The translations under genes and the position numbers were made by a program. A DNA stretch of 64,000 nucleotides from an uncultured Planctomycetaceae bacterium (GTDB lineage Bacteria; Planctomycetota; Planctomycetia; Isosphaerales; Isosphaeraceae), in NCBI GenBank assembly GCA_963833985.1, contig CAWIAD010000001.1, forward strand, positions 1,120,001-1,184,000, given 5' to 3'. The stretch's first letter is position 1, and each line of letters opens with the position of its first letter. The notes beneath the pieces were generated by a model. It was given only the letters and a program-made list of their open reading frames with translations. It was not told the DNA's origin and did not search any database. Below, in pieces: positions 23,290 through 34,876 of the stretch.

Positions 23290-26200
23290 TCAGTAGCGTG
23301 GAGCCCGCCGCAGCACGATTGCGCGCGGCCGCTCGAGATGATGGTGCTCGACGACGACGGTCACCACCCAGCGCTCCTCCCACGCTTCACGTACAAGGTC
23401 CTTGACCTCGTCCTCCTCGCTCCGGAACCGGAGCTCCTTGCCGGTCTCGGTACGCAGCAGGAACCCCTCGAAATCACCGAACCGGTCGAAGACCAGGCCG
23501 GCGATCTTGCCCGTGTACTCGTGCTCCGGACCGGTTCCAGGATGGCCGCCGCCGTGCTTGCCTCCCCCTCCTCCCGTGGAGGGCAGACCGCCGAGCGTGG
23601 GCGGGATCGAGCCGGGGTCGCCTCCCAGGCCGCCCACGCGGCCGCTGATCAGTCCCGTGTACCGCTGGAGTACCGGGTACCATCGGTACACCGGCAGCAT
23701 GTTCTCGAGCCGCCATTTCAGGACCGCCAGCGTATTCTCCTCTATAGGAAGCATGACCGCTCGAGTGGTGACCGGGATACGCACCTGGAAGGCCCCCGAG
23801 ACCTGACGCCAGATGATGACGTCTGATGGCGGCGGTACCTTGTGCATGGGCGGCACGTGTCCGGAATCGATCCCGCCCGCCGTATGGTGCTTGTGTATCG
23901 GCTTTGGGGGCGCGGCAGGGCGATGCGCCGGCACAGCCGCGATCTTCGGCGGCGGTTCCATTTCAACCTGGACCGTGGAAACGCGCCGCAGCACGATGTT
24001 GAACTCTTGCCCATTCCGCACGGACGTCGGCAGATCGATTGTCAGCAGCCCGGCGAAATTCACCCCGGTGGCCGGAGGGATCGGGACGTAGCTCACCCCT
24101 TTCGTGACCGTGCATTGCACCGTGTTCGCGTCAGCCGCCGAGAGCCGGTGTGAGGCGTAGATCTTTCCGGCCAGTGCCAGCACGTCCGCGGATTGAACCT
24201 GCGGCCAGTAAATGGTGGCCGTGCTACCCGGAGGCGTATTGCCCCAGTCGATCATGAGCTCGTCGGGCAGATCGAGCGGCGCCCCGGTGGACAGCACCGA
24301 AGGCGCACTGGGGCGGATGTCGAACGCCTGGGGGACAATATGCGTCGCCGGCGACTTGGGATTCTCGGATGAGGTGATCTGCAAGTTCCGCTGTGCGAGC
24401 TGGTCCCAGTTCGCCGGGCTTGGTGTCGTCCCGCCGGACGAGGTGGTGGGAATGGGAGCGCCGTCGTAGGCAATCTCGGCCACGATGCAGTGGTGCGTGC
24501 CGCCGAACTTCGAGTTGTTGGTCGCGTCGAAGACGTCAAGGAAGCAGCCGAAGTACGTCCACACCGAGTCTGCGGTCGCGGGTATCTGAATGTTCTGGAT
24601 GTTGCTGCTGGCGACCGTTCCGTCGTAATCGTGTGTTCCGGAGGCGTCCGTGGCAAAGAACGGGATGGTCTGAACTGTCTGGCCGCTGGGATCGACCAGT
24701 CCCGTGCCCGAGGGGAGTGGGAAGACCGGCAGATTGAGATCGGCCCCGCTGGTGCCGGGCGTGCTCTTGTAGGTGGTCGTCGGCTGGAAATCGGTGTCGC
24801 AGGACTGCGCCACGAAGAGCCGGAAGAAGACGCGGACATTCTGCGCCGAGGACCCGGAGGAGCCGCGCAGCCGCACGCGTGCCAGGGCAAAGTTGTAGTT
24901 CTGGTTGCCGGCGGAGTCCTTGGGCGTGACCGAGCTATCGCCCGTCTCGTAGCCGGTCTGTCCTGGCAACTGGTTCAGCGGGTCGGTGCCGGGGGGGACG
25001 GGCGTGGTGAACGACGAGCTGCCGTTCAGGTAGCCAATCAGGCTCTGAATCGAGCCGTAGGGATCGGTGGTGAAGGCCGGTGCTCCCATCAAGGGCGCGT
25101 TGCCGGCCGTCACCGAGAAGACGCGCAGGTCCTGGCTGAGGTAGAAGATATCTTTCTGGTTCGTCGGGTCGAGGTTGCTGAAATAGGGATCGGCGCCGCC
25201 AAGCAGCTCGAAGGTTGCCGAGGCCGTCGCCCCGGCCAGAGCGCTGCCGCCCACCTGCGCCGTGGCGCTGAGCTCTCCCAGCACCGGGTTCCCGCCCAGG
25301 CTCGGGAACGACGAGAGGTTGCTGAAGGTGACGTCGAAGGAGAAGCGGATGCGCTGCGGCGCCTTGGTGTTGCTCGGGTCCTCGAACTGCGGCAGGGCGC
25401 TCGGCGGAATGGGACCGCCCGGGGTGGCCGGCGTCGGTGTGACCGAGACCCCGCCGAGGCTCGCGAAGGTCCCTGTCGGCGTCGGCACTGAGATATTGAG
25501 CGTGTGGAAGGCGTCGCTGCTGAACCCTTCCAGCACCAGCCAGAATGCACTCGAGACCAGTCCGCCCTTGGTGTTGATCAGGTCCTGCGCCTCGTCTTTG
25601 CCGAAGGTGTTCTGGTCGGTCCAGAACGAGAGGATGCCCAGCGGGTAGGGATCATCGAAATTCGGACCGCTGTTGATGGTGGCCGTTCCGGGGAGGGCGT
25701 TGTTCAAGAGCCGCAGGAAGAACGGGAAGGGGTCGCCAGCGTCGCCGGTGAGGCTCGTATACACGTTCGCCAGCGTCTGCGCACCGCGTTGATGAGCGGC
25801 GCGAGGCCGAAGGTGAGCTGGTTGAAGAGATAGTACACAAAGAGCGTGGTGCAGCCGGTGGTGGCGTCCGGCGAGTTGTCGTCCGGGTTGTTGTTCACGA
25901 AGTCCGTCCGCGGGCTCGAGGAAAGCCAGTCGTTCGCCACGAAGAACGTCTGGCTCCCCTGCGTGAGCACCGTGGTGTCCAGGCTGTTATCGGCCAGGAA
26001 CTTGAACCCCAGGAAGCGCGAGAGGGCTTCCCCCTTGCTTCCCTCGTTACCGTCGCCAAAGCTGTAGCCCCAGCCGTTGGCCTTGGACTGCATGAACATC
26101 TCGACGACCTCGGAGACAAGCAGGTAGCGGAGGACGTCGAGCTTGGAGCCGTTGCCCGGCTGGAGCGTGATCGGCGGTCCCCACCCCGCCTTGGCATAGC

Positions 26201-26426
26201 TTCCGGGCATGATCTGCACCGACATCGGCGTGGAGAATGGCAGGGTGGCGCCTGGGAAGTTCGTGGTCATCCAGGAGAAGTCGCTCTCGCAGACGGCCAG
26301 CAGCGCGTTCGCTCGATCCTGCCCGTCGGCCGTGGAGAGCGAGTCGTCGTAGGTGATCGCATAGTGCGTCGTCACTCCCTTGCCAAGGCCGCCAGGATTG
26401 TTCAGGCCGTTGTTCGTCTGTGTCAT
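23290..26426 (-). CDS. Large hypothetical protein (about 1045 aa, frameshift near 25785) with a peptidase-like N-terminal region
   Basis: ORFs 25704-26426 and 23290-25764 join with consistent codon usage. Motifs LLVSEVVEMFM..GEALSRF, HHCIVAEI..QLAQRNL and GKIAGLVFDRFGDFEGF. Confidence 0.8.
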
Positions 26427-26635
26427 GAGCCGCGCTCCGGGTGGTTACGAGCGTGCAGGTCCGCCGCGCCCGGCAGGATGGCCGGACAGGGTCGCCCCGC
26501 GGCAGAAGTGAAAAGACTTGAAAGACTGGTGAACTGAATAACTCATCATCTCTTCCCGGCCTGGACCGAAGCAAAAAAACCAAGGGATTGGCTCCGTACC
26601 CTTGCTGCCGCCAGGCGCTCCGCTAGAATGTCGCC

Positions 26636-27595
26636 ATGCGACGACGTGACTTTCTGAACAGCGTGATTGGGGGTGCGTGCCTGTGCGGGCTCGATCAGGC
26701 CCCTGCGCAGGAGACGCAGGGGGGCGTCTTTGTCGAGCGGTCGGCCGCCGGCACGCCGCACCAGGGGAAGGTGCTGCTGGCCGTCCAGGCGCATTCCGAC
26801 GACGTGCCGCTGATGGCGGCTGGCACCGTGGCCAAGCTTGTTCGGGAAGGCTATACCGGTTACCTGATCCGCGCGACCAATGACGACATGGGAGACGCCC
26901 CCGGCCTTGGCACTGCCGGCACCGTTGGCGACCACGTGCTGGGTAACGAGCGCGACAACGACGAAGTCGCCAGGGCGCTGGGCCTGAGGCGCGTCTTCAA
27001 CCTGAACTATCGCAACCACCGCATGGGCGACGTCTCGCAGAACGAATTGCAGTGCCGGCTCATCTTCCTGATCCGCCTTCTGAAGGCCGACACCGTCGTC
27101 TGCTGGGACCCCTGGGCGCACGACGAGGAGAACCCCGATCACGCCGCGATCGCCCGGGGCCTCGAGGCGGCCTGCTGGATGGCCGGCCGCAACCACGACT
27201 ATCCCGAGCAGTTTGCCGCCGGACTGACGCCGCACGCGGTCCGCGAGAAGTACTACTACGCGCGCAGGCCGGAGGTCACACGCGTCGTCGACATCAGCGG
27301 CGTCGTGGACCGGAAGGTCGAGGCCAACCGCGCCAACCGGGCCAAGGGGCCGGCCGGGCAGCACGGCTCGCGCCTCCGCGCTGAGCTCGCCCGCAAGAAC
27401 CAGCGGCTGCCGCTTCTTGGCGACGACGACCTGACCGCCGATCGCAACTACATCAAGGAATTCGTTCTCGACCGCGACCGCACTCTCGGTCAGAAATACG
27501 GCGTGGAATACGCCGAGGCCTTTCATTACATCGGCCCGGAAGCCCCGTCCCGGGTCGAAGACTACGTCCGCCAGCACGCGCTGCCCGCCCGGTAA
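26636..27595 (+). CDS. PIG-L/LmbE-family deacetylase with Tat-like signal
   Basis: MRRRDFL; LAVQAHSDDV..GT; ENPDH; YAEAF. Confidence 0.9.
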   Translation: MRRRDFLNSVIGGACLCGLDQAPAQETQGGVFVERSAAGTPHQGKVLLAVQAHSDDVPLMAAGTVAKLVREGYTGYLIRATNDDMGDAPGLGTAGTVGDHVLGNERDNDEVARALGLRRVFNLNYRNHRMGDVSQNELQCRLIFLIRLLKADTVVCWDPWAHDEENPDHAAIARGLEAACWMAGRNHDYPEQFAAGLTPHAVREKYYYARRPEVTRVVDISGVVDRKVEANRANRAKGPAGQHGSRLRAELARKNQRLPLLGDDDLTADRNYIKEFVLDRDRTLGQKYGVEYAEAFHYIGPEAPSRVEDYVRQHALPAR

Positions 27596-27704
27596 ATCTT
27601 GTCCCACGGAAAACACCGGGCAGCCGTGGCCGTCCGCTCCGGGTGCTGAGAATTCGTAGGTCAGGACATGTGGCCGGGTCACGGCGGTGAAGCGAGATGC
27701 CAGC

Positions 27705-29044
27705 TCACAGGCTCATCGTCGCCATCCCTTCGGCGCGGTCCTGCCCGATGCCCAGCTCGCCGTCTTCCTGCCCGATGCCCAGCCAGAAGAAGGCGCCGAG
27801 CAGGCAGATGATGGCGCCCAGGGCGACGGCGTAGCCCCAGCCGTAATACTGTCCGACCCAGGGTGTGAGCACCGGTGCCAGCATGCCTCCCGCATTGCCG
27901 CCGGTGTTCAGGAGCCCCGCGGCGCTCCCCCCGCGGCGGGCGCCCAGCTCGATGGCCGTCACCCAGAACGGTCCTTCGGCCATCCCCACCGCCCCCAGCG
28001 CCAGCGCGAACCAGGTGACGATCCAGGCCGGATCACGCGCGGCGATCCCCAGGATGAGCAGCCCCGCGCCCGCCAGCATGCCTGCCATGGGGACGACCCT
28101 GCGCCGCGGTGCGCACCCAGCACCGTTTCCAGCCGATCCGTCAGCCAGCCGCCCAGCGGCATGCCCACCGCCATCGCCAGCGGCGGAATCGCCGCGTAAG
28201 CGCGGCTGCGGGCTTCGGGAAGAGCCAGCACGGTCTTGAAGTAGTAGTTCATCCAGTAAAAGAACAGGTACTGGAAGTATCCCACCGCGCCATAGCTCAG
28301 GGTGAGCAGCAGCAGGCCTCGATTCCTCAGCAGGCTCCACCAGGAGACGTGCCGGTGCGGAGATGTGGCAGGGCTCGCAATGCCTTGCTCGCCCGGCGGC
28401 TGGCGGCTGCTGCCTGTGGCAACGCAGGCGTGCCAGTGCCAGAACAGTGCCAGCACGAGCGTCAGCGCGGAAGCAATGAGGAAGGCTGCCGGCCAGTCGA
28501 ACCGGTCAATGAGCGCGCCGAAGAGCAGGGGCGTGATCGCCACCCCCACGAGCGCGGAACCGTTCACCAGCCCGTTGGCGCGCGACCGGCCGCCGGGCGG
28601 AACGTGACGCCCGATGGCCGCAGCGCACGCCGGGTAGAGCGGCGCCGAGACCGCCCCCATGAGCCCGCGCACGGCCAGCAGCGCAGGGAACGCGGCCGCG
28701 CCCGCCGTGATCGCCAGACCGATCACGCCCGTGAGCGCCACGAAGATGCTCGATACCGCCAGCACCGCCCGCAGCGCCGCACGGGGGCCCACGCGGTCGA
28801 TGTAGAGGCCGCCGGGAATCATCATCAGGGTGTAAGCCATCAGGAACGCGGAATAGACGGTGCCCATCCGCGTGGGCGAGTAATCGTACTGAGCCATGAT
28901 CCGCGTGTCGCCGGCCGTGGCAATGCTCACGCGATTGGCATAGCAGACCAGTGAGACCGCCATGAGCAACGGAACGATGACCCGGCTGATCCGGGGCGTG
29001 TCCGTTTCGTACTGCGGCCGGATAGGATGTGGTGTGCTCGGCAC
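27705..29044 (-). CDS. MFS transporter (ACS/sugar-acid type), frameshift near 28100
   Basis: CYANRVSI, MGTVYSAFLMAYTLMMIPGGLYIDRVGPR, GLLNTGGNAGG; many TMs. Confidence 0.9.
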
Positions 29045-29133
29045 GGCCGTTCCCCGGGACGTTCGGGCGTGGACCTGAGTGATTCGCCAGGGGCCTACAG
29101 TACAGAGTTCCCCCCAGCTTCGAGAATAGAGCA

Positions 29134-30288
29134 ATGAACACTTTTGAACGACCGGGCGTCATCAGCGACCTGAAGATCAAGGATGTCGAGGCCATCTACG
29201 TGCGTCTCCCGGAGGTGAAGTCTCAGTGTGACAGCGGTCAGGACGCACTGATCGTGAAGGTGACGACCGACGCCGGCATCGTCGGCTACGGCGAGGTGGA
29301 CTCCGCGCCCCTGGCCGTCAAGGGAGCCATCGAGGGGCCGTTCTCGCACACGGTCACCACCGGCCTGAAGCACCTGCTGATCGGCGCCGATCCGTTCCAG
29401 ACGGAATACCTCTGGCAGAGGATGTACCGGGCAAACATTTACTCCGGCCGGCGCGGGATCGCCATCCACGCGATGAGCGGCATCGACCTGGCGCTCTGGG
29501 ACATCAAGGGCAAGGCCCTGGGCCTGCCCGTCTGGAAGCTGCTCGGCGGCGGCTTCACGCGGACGCTGCGGCCGTACGCCAGCTCGCTCTTCGGCGCCAC
29601 GCCACATGAAACCGGTGAAAGGGCTCGCAGGTTTGCTGCGCAGGGTTTCACGGCGGTCAAGTTCGGCTGGGACCCGATGGGCCGCGACGCCGCCACCGAT
29701 GTGGCCCTGGTGTGCGAGGCCCGCACCGGGCTGGGACCCGAGCTCGACCTCATGATCGATGCCGGCCTGGCCTTTGATGCCAAGACGGCCATCCAGCGTG
29801 CCCGGGCTTTCGAGCCGTACAACCTGTTCTGGCTCGAGGAGCCGCTTGCCCCCGACGATTACCTTGGCTATGCCAGGCTGGCCGCGGCCACGGACCTGCG
29901 GATCGCGGCCGGCGAGGAGGAGAGCGAACGGCGCTCGTTCCAGCACCTCATGGATGTTGGAAAGATCGACGTGGTCCAGGTGGACCTGACGCGCTGCGGC
30001 GGGTTCACCGAAGCCATGAAGATCGCCTCACTGGCCGCGGACCGCGGCCTGCCGGTGGTCAACCACGGCTTCACCACCTATCTCAACGTCGCGGCCGCGC
30101 TCCATTTCCTGGCGAGCATTCCCAACACGCTGGGCCTGCTCGAGTTCGTCGCGCAGCAGGGGACGGACCTGCGCCACGAGATCAGCGAGCCGATCCGCGC
30201 CGTCGACGGCCGCGTCGCCGTTCTCGACGCGCCGGGCCTGGGAATCGAGGTCCACGAGGAGGGCCTTCAGAAGCTCCGGGTCGCCTGA
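29134..30288 (+). CDS. Mandelate racemase / muconate-lactonizing (enolase superfamily) enzyme, probable sugar-acid dehydratase
   Basis: SGIDLALWDIKGKALGLPVWKLLGG, AVKFG, LMIDAG, WLEEP, AAGEE, PGLGIE. Confidence 0.93.
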   Translation: MNTFERPGVISDLKIKDVEAIYVRLPEVKSQCDSGQDALIVKVTTDAGIVGYGEVDSAPLAVKGAIEGPFSHTVTTGLKHLLIGADPFQTEYLWQRMYRANIYSGRRGIAIHAMSGIDLALWDIKGKALGLPVWKLLGGGFTRTLRPYASSLFGATPHETGERARRFAAQGFTAVKFGWDPMGRDAATDVALVCEARTGLGPELDLMIDAGLAFDAKTAIQRARAFEPYNLFWLEEPLAPDDYLGYARLAAATDLRIAAGEEESERRSFQHLMDVGKIDVVQVDLTRCGGFTEAMKIASLAADRGLPVVNHGFTTYLNVAAALHFLASIPNTLGLLEFVAQQGTDLRHEISEPIRAVDGRVAVLDAPGLGIEVHEEGLQKLRVA

Positions 30289-30847
30289 ACCACGGAGAAG
30301 AATATGAAGCGAATCAAACAACTAGTGTATGAAAACCACGGTCAACACGCAGGAAGGAGCGCAAGAGAGCATGGTTCGACTCTCTTTCCGGGTGGTTCGC
30401 TCTGACAGAAAGGCTGCGGAGAGCCAGGGCAGCGATCAACGTTTGCGGGCGTGGGCGCGCTGGCCCAGACCGAGCCCGATGCCGCTCACGCCCGGGAAGA
30501 GCTCGGCACCCGAGCCGACCGGGCCGCGGTGTTCGGCCAGGTACTCCGTCGGGGAAAGCACCGGCTCGAGCCCGAGCCGCTGGCGCTGGCGCGGCGGTCG
30601 TAGAGGACGATGTTGACAGTTCCGGCAGGCTCGGTGTCGCCACGAACGGTGAGGTGGTCCGTCCTGTGTGCGGGATCCGCTCCTCGACGCCGGTGTGCCG
30701 ATCGGCAGGCTCGCCAAGGCACCTCGCAACCAAAGCGTGCTCGCGAGATAATTGTCGCTCGGAGCTGCCGGGGACGGAGACGAACGCAGCGCCCGGGTCG
30801 CTCGGAAGGAGAACCACTTACGATCAACCTCGAAACGACACGATGCG

Positions 30848-32537
30848 ATGAACCCAATCGCCGATGACGTGACACCAGTCCAGCCGACGATCGACTATTC
30901 CACTGCACCGCCCGCCCAACCGCCGTGGCCGGCTGCGACTCCCCGATCTCTGGGCTCCGGGGAGAGTGCTGGATTGCCGCGGGTGGAAGTCGTGGCCGGC
31001 AGCGGCGTCCACATGTCCGAAGGGACGCGCTCGCTGCTGCACGTCCGCCTCCGTGCCGTTGCGCTGGCCATGTCGTGTGCCTTCGGCGCGTTCCTCGTGC
31101 GCGGCATCTGGATCGCCGGCCATTACCTGGACCCGTTCATCCTGTGCTTCCATGTGGCCGTCGTCACCGCCTTCGTCGCCAGTTTCATCGGCTTATCGGG
31201 CCAGCGACCCATCAGCCTGGGATCGCTGCGCACGCTGGAGCTGTTCCTGTTCGGTATGACGATCGCGTTCTTCGTGACGATCCACTATCGTCTGGTCCAG
31301 CTCCGCGCCGTCCAGGGTGACAGCGTCATGCTCATGGCGACCATCAAGAACACCGTCCTCTTCGTTTTCGCCATGATCGTCCTCTATGGCATGTTCATAC
31401 CGAATACCTGGCCGCGGGCCGCGGCCGTCGTCAGTACGATGCTCGCGGCGACACTTCTGAGCCCGCTTGCGCTGCGGGTCTTTCACCCCTCACTCTTCCA
31501 GTTCGCTGCCCCACTGCTGACGTTCGAGGTCGTCAGCGAGAACGTCCTGATGCTGGCGATCGGGGCCGGGGTGACGGTCTACGCCAGCCGCATCATTCAT
31601 TCGCTGCGCCTCGAGGTTTTTCAAGCCCGCCAGCTCAATCAGTACCAGCTCAAGGGACGGCTCGGCGCCGGGGGAATGGGCGTGGTTTACCTGGCCGAGC
31701 ACCAGTTGCTGAAGCGCCCCTGCGCCATCAAGCTCATCGCCGCTGACCGCGCTGGTGACCCGAAGGCCCTTGCCAGGTTCGAGCGCGAGGTGCGCACGAC
31801 GGCCCGGCTGTCACACCCCAACACCGTCGAGATTTACGATTACGGGCGAACCGACGACGGCACCTTCTATTACGTCATGGAGCTTCTCGACGGCCTGAAC
31901 CTGGCCGACCTTGTGGAACGCCACGGGCCGCTGCCGCCCGGCCGAGCCATCTTCCTGCTTCGCCAGGCGTGCGGTGCGCTGGGCGAGGCTCATGCCGCCG
32001 GGTTGGTGCACCGCGACCTGAAGCCTGCGAATCTCTTCGCCGCTCGCCGTGGCAACCTGTACGACTTCACCAAGGTTCTCGACTTCGGTCTCGTGTTGTC
32101 CCCGCCCAACCAGTCGACAGCCGAGTCCAGCCGCGAAAGTGACATCGCCGGCTCGCCCCTCTACATGGCACCAGAGCAGGCCACCGGCGCCTGCGCGGCC
32201 CGATGCTCGGGCCGACGTCTACGGGCTGGGCGCAATCGCCTATTACCTGCTGACCGGCCGCGCCCCGTTTGCCGGGCCAACCGCGATGGCCGTGATGATT
32301 GTCGTGGCGCGCGACCCTGTCGAGCCTCCATCCCGTCACCGGCCTGGGCTTCCGTCCGACCTGGAACGCATCATCCTGCGCTGCCTGGCCAAATCCCCCG
32401 AGGAACGCTATCCGGACGTTGCTGCCCTGGACCACGAACTCGCCGGCTGCGCCGCCGCCGGCGAGTGGAGCTTCGACCGCGCCGCCGCCTGGTGGAAGGC
32501 TCAGGGTGGCATGACTGCCAGATGCAGGGGCGGGTGA
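30848..32537 (+). CDS. Membrane-anchored Ser/Thr protein kinase (frameshift near 32190)
   Basis: N-terminal TMs; LGAGGMGVVY, AIKLI, HRDLKPAN, DFG, YMAPEQ. DVYGLG..ERY lies in ORF 32049-32537. Confidence 0.93.
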
Positions 32538-33014
32538 TTCGGGGCTGGAAGAGATCGCATGATGGGCCGTGGAGTGCGAACGTCCCGCGGCGCGGCCACG
32601 ACCATGCCGAGCCAGAAACCTGGGATGATGCGATGGCGCTGGCCGAACCAGTCTGTCTGGCCAGAAGTTGCGGCCGGCGGACCTGCACCACTCCCTGCGT
32701 GAGGGATCCTTGGTGTAATTCCGCCTGTCAGGCGGCCAGGGCGAGGCATTACCATAAGCCGCAAGTGTTCAGCACTTGCGGCATTCCTCAGCTCCCGGCG
32801 ACGCGGGAGTCGAGCGGACCGGGATCCGATGAACCGCAATTAATTCACGATGCCTTGACTCCCAAGCGGACTTGACTTAAAAATGATACGATGCAGCAGA
32901 CGGCGCAAGATTAAGATCCGTTAACGATTGTCATGGATTGGCAGTTCCTATCATTCTCTGGCGAATGCGATTCATGGGGATGATCATTGACGGAGCGTTG
33001 TTTTCCGTAGAGGA

Positions 33015-33383
33015 ATGGGCGTGATCAGACGGCTCGTAGTGTCCTGGAAAGACGCGTCCTTTGCGCTCGTCGCTGCGATCGTGTGGTTGTCCACAGGGCT
33101 CGTGAGTTCCTCGGGTGTCAGCCCCGATTCCGTGACGATGGCTCGTTTCAAGATGAGCGCGGCGGTGCCGGAGCTGGTGCCGATCATGGATTTGATCGAG
33201 GTCAAGGATCACGAATCTCAAGAGGACGACGATCGCGAATCTCGGGAAGAAGATCCTGACCCTTCCGGGCTGCCGGGTACGTGGCTCTTTTCGGCTCTAT
33301 CCGTCCCTTTCTCTCAAATCGCACCGTTCCGCCGTGTCCCTTTCCCGGTTGTCGCACCTTCGAGCCGCCCGCTCCGTTGCTGA
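33015..33383 (+). CDS. Hypothetical small protein upstream of the RND operon
   Basis: AGAGGA RBS-like sequence before the ATG; hydrophobic N-terminus and an acidic stretch. Confidence 0.4.
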   Translation: MGVIRRLVVSWKDASFALVAAIVWLSTGLVSSSGVSPDSVTMARFKMSAAVPELVPIMDLIEVKDHESQEDDDRESREEDPDPSGLPGTWLFSALSVPFSQIAPFRRVPFPVVAPSSRPLRC

Positions 33384-33574
33384 CGAAAGTGCCCTCCCCT
33401 TTCGCCGAGCCATGAGTGCCTTTCTCCCGGGAAAAGGCCGGGCTGGGCTGTAGCGGGTTATTCCCCCGCAAGTCATCTCTGCGAACAACGCCTGCGCGAT
33501 CGCGTGAGCGCCTGTTCTGTTCGATGCCGAATACGAACCTTTAGCCCGCCACACCTCAAGTGGGAGTTTGCGCG

Positions 33575-34823
33575 ATGAATCCGATCAAGTTCGCCAGGCG
33601 ACGACCCGTCACGACTCTCATACTCATCGCCGTGCTGACAAGTGGTGGCTTCCTGGGATTGTCCAAGATGCGGGCCGATACCTTTCCGGAACCCAGTTCG
33701 CCTCAAATCCACAGCTATCTCGACTCTTTTGGCATGTACGCCAGGCGGGTGAAAAACTACGCCGCTCGCCAGTATGCGTCCTACTCCCAGGGGCACGAGA
33801 AGGTGCACCAGGAGGAGGAACGTAAGATCGTGGTCACCAGCCCGAAAGTAATGGACGTCACCGTCACCCAGCCGTTTGTCTGCCAGATCCATTTCGAAGC
33901 AGCACATCGATGTTTGTGCGATGGAGAATGGTTATCTCCTGGAGATCCCGGTGAGTGAGGGCCAGATGGTCAAGAAGGGCGACTTGATGTTCAAGCTCCT
34001 ACCGGTTGTGTACACGGCAAAACTGGACGCCGAGCTGGCCGAAGCCCGGCTGGCAGAGCTGGAATACAAGAACACCGAGAGTTTGTTCAGGAAACAGGCA
34101 GTCGTCTCTCAGAATGAGGTGCTCTTGTTCAAGGCCAAGCTGGACAGGGCGAGGGCCAAGGCAGACCTGGCACGGGCCGAATTGGCCTTCACGGAGGTCA
34201 GAGCACCTTTCGAGGGTATTGTCGACCGCAGGCATGAGCAGCTCGGTAGCCTCATCAAGGAGGGGGACATACTCACGACCCTGTCGGACAACAGTGTGAT
34301 GTGGGTCTATTTCAACGTCACCGAGGCGCAGTACCTCGAATACAAGGGCCTCCCGGATCAGGACAAGAAGGATCAGAAGATCAAGCTCAAACTGGCGAAC
34401 GGGACCATCTTCCCGGTCACCGGCGCAATCGGTGCGATCGAGGCTCAGTTCAACAACCAGACCGGGAACATCGCGTTCCGGGCGGATTTTGCGAACCCGG
34501 AGCGTCTGCTGCGCCACGGTCAGACGGGCACCATTCTCATCAGCAGGACGCTCAAGGATGCACTGGTGATCCCGCAACGGGCGACGTTCGAGATCCTCGA
34601 CAAGCGATACGCCTGGGTCGTCGGCGAGGACGACGTGGTCCATCAGAGCCTGATCACCATCAAGCACGTGCTGGACGATATCTTCGTCATCGACAGCGGA
34701 CTCGAAGTGAAAGACAGGATCGTGCTGGAAGGAGTTCGAGAGGTTCATGACGGCGAGAAGGTGAAATACGAGATTCGTGAGCCGGACGAGGCCCTCAAGA
34801 ACCAGAAGTTTCACGCGGAATAG
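33575..34823 (+). CDS. RND efflux periplasmic adaptor (MFP), frameshift near 33895
   Basis: GYLLEIPVSEGQMVKKGDLMF, TEVRAPFEGIV, TGNIAFRADFANPERLLRHGQTG. Confidence 0.93.
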
Positions 34824-34876
34824 CTTTTTCTTACGGGTATTCTCGCCACCGACCTCGACGAGCCAGTTCCCGAACC

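Noticed and set aside
30314..30750. Short ORFs or a decayed PEP-CTERM tail between the enolase-family gene and the kinase
   Set aside because: No VPEP motif or recognisable domain; too weak to call.
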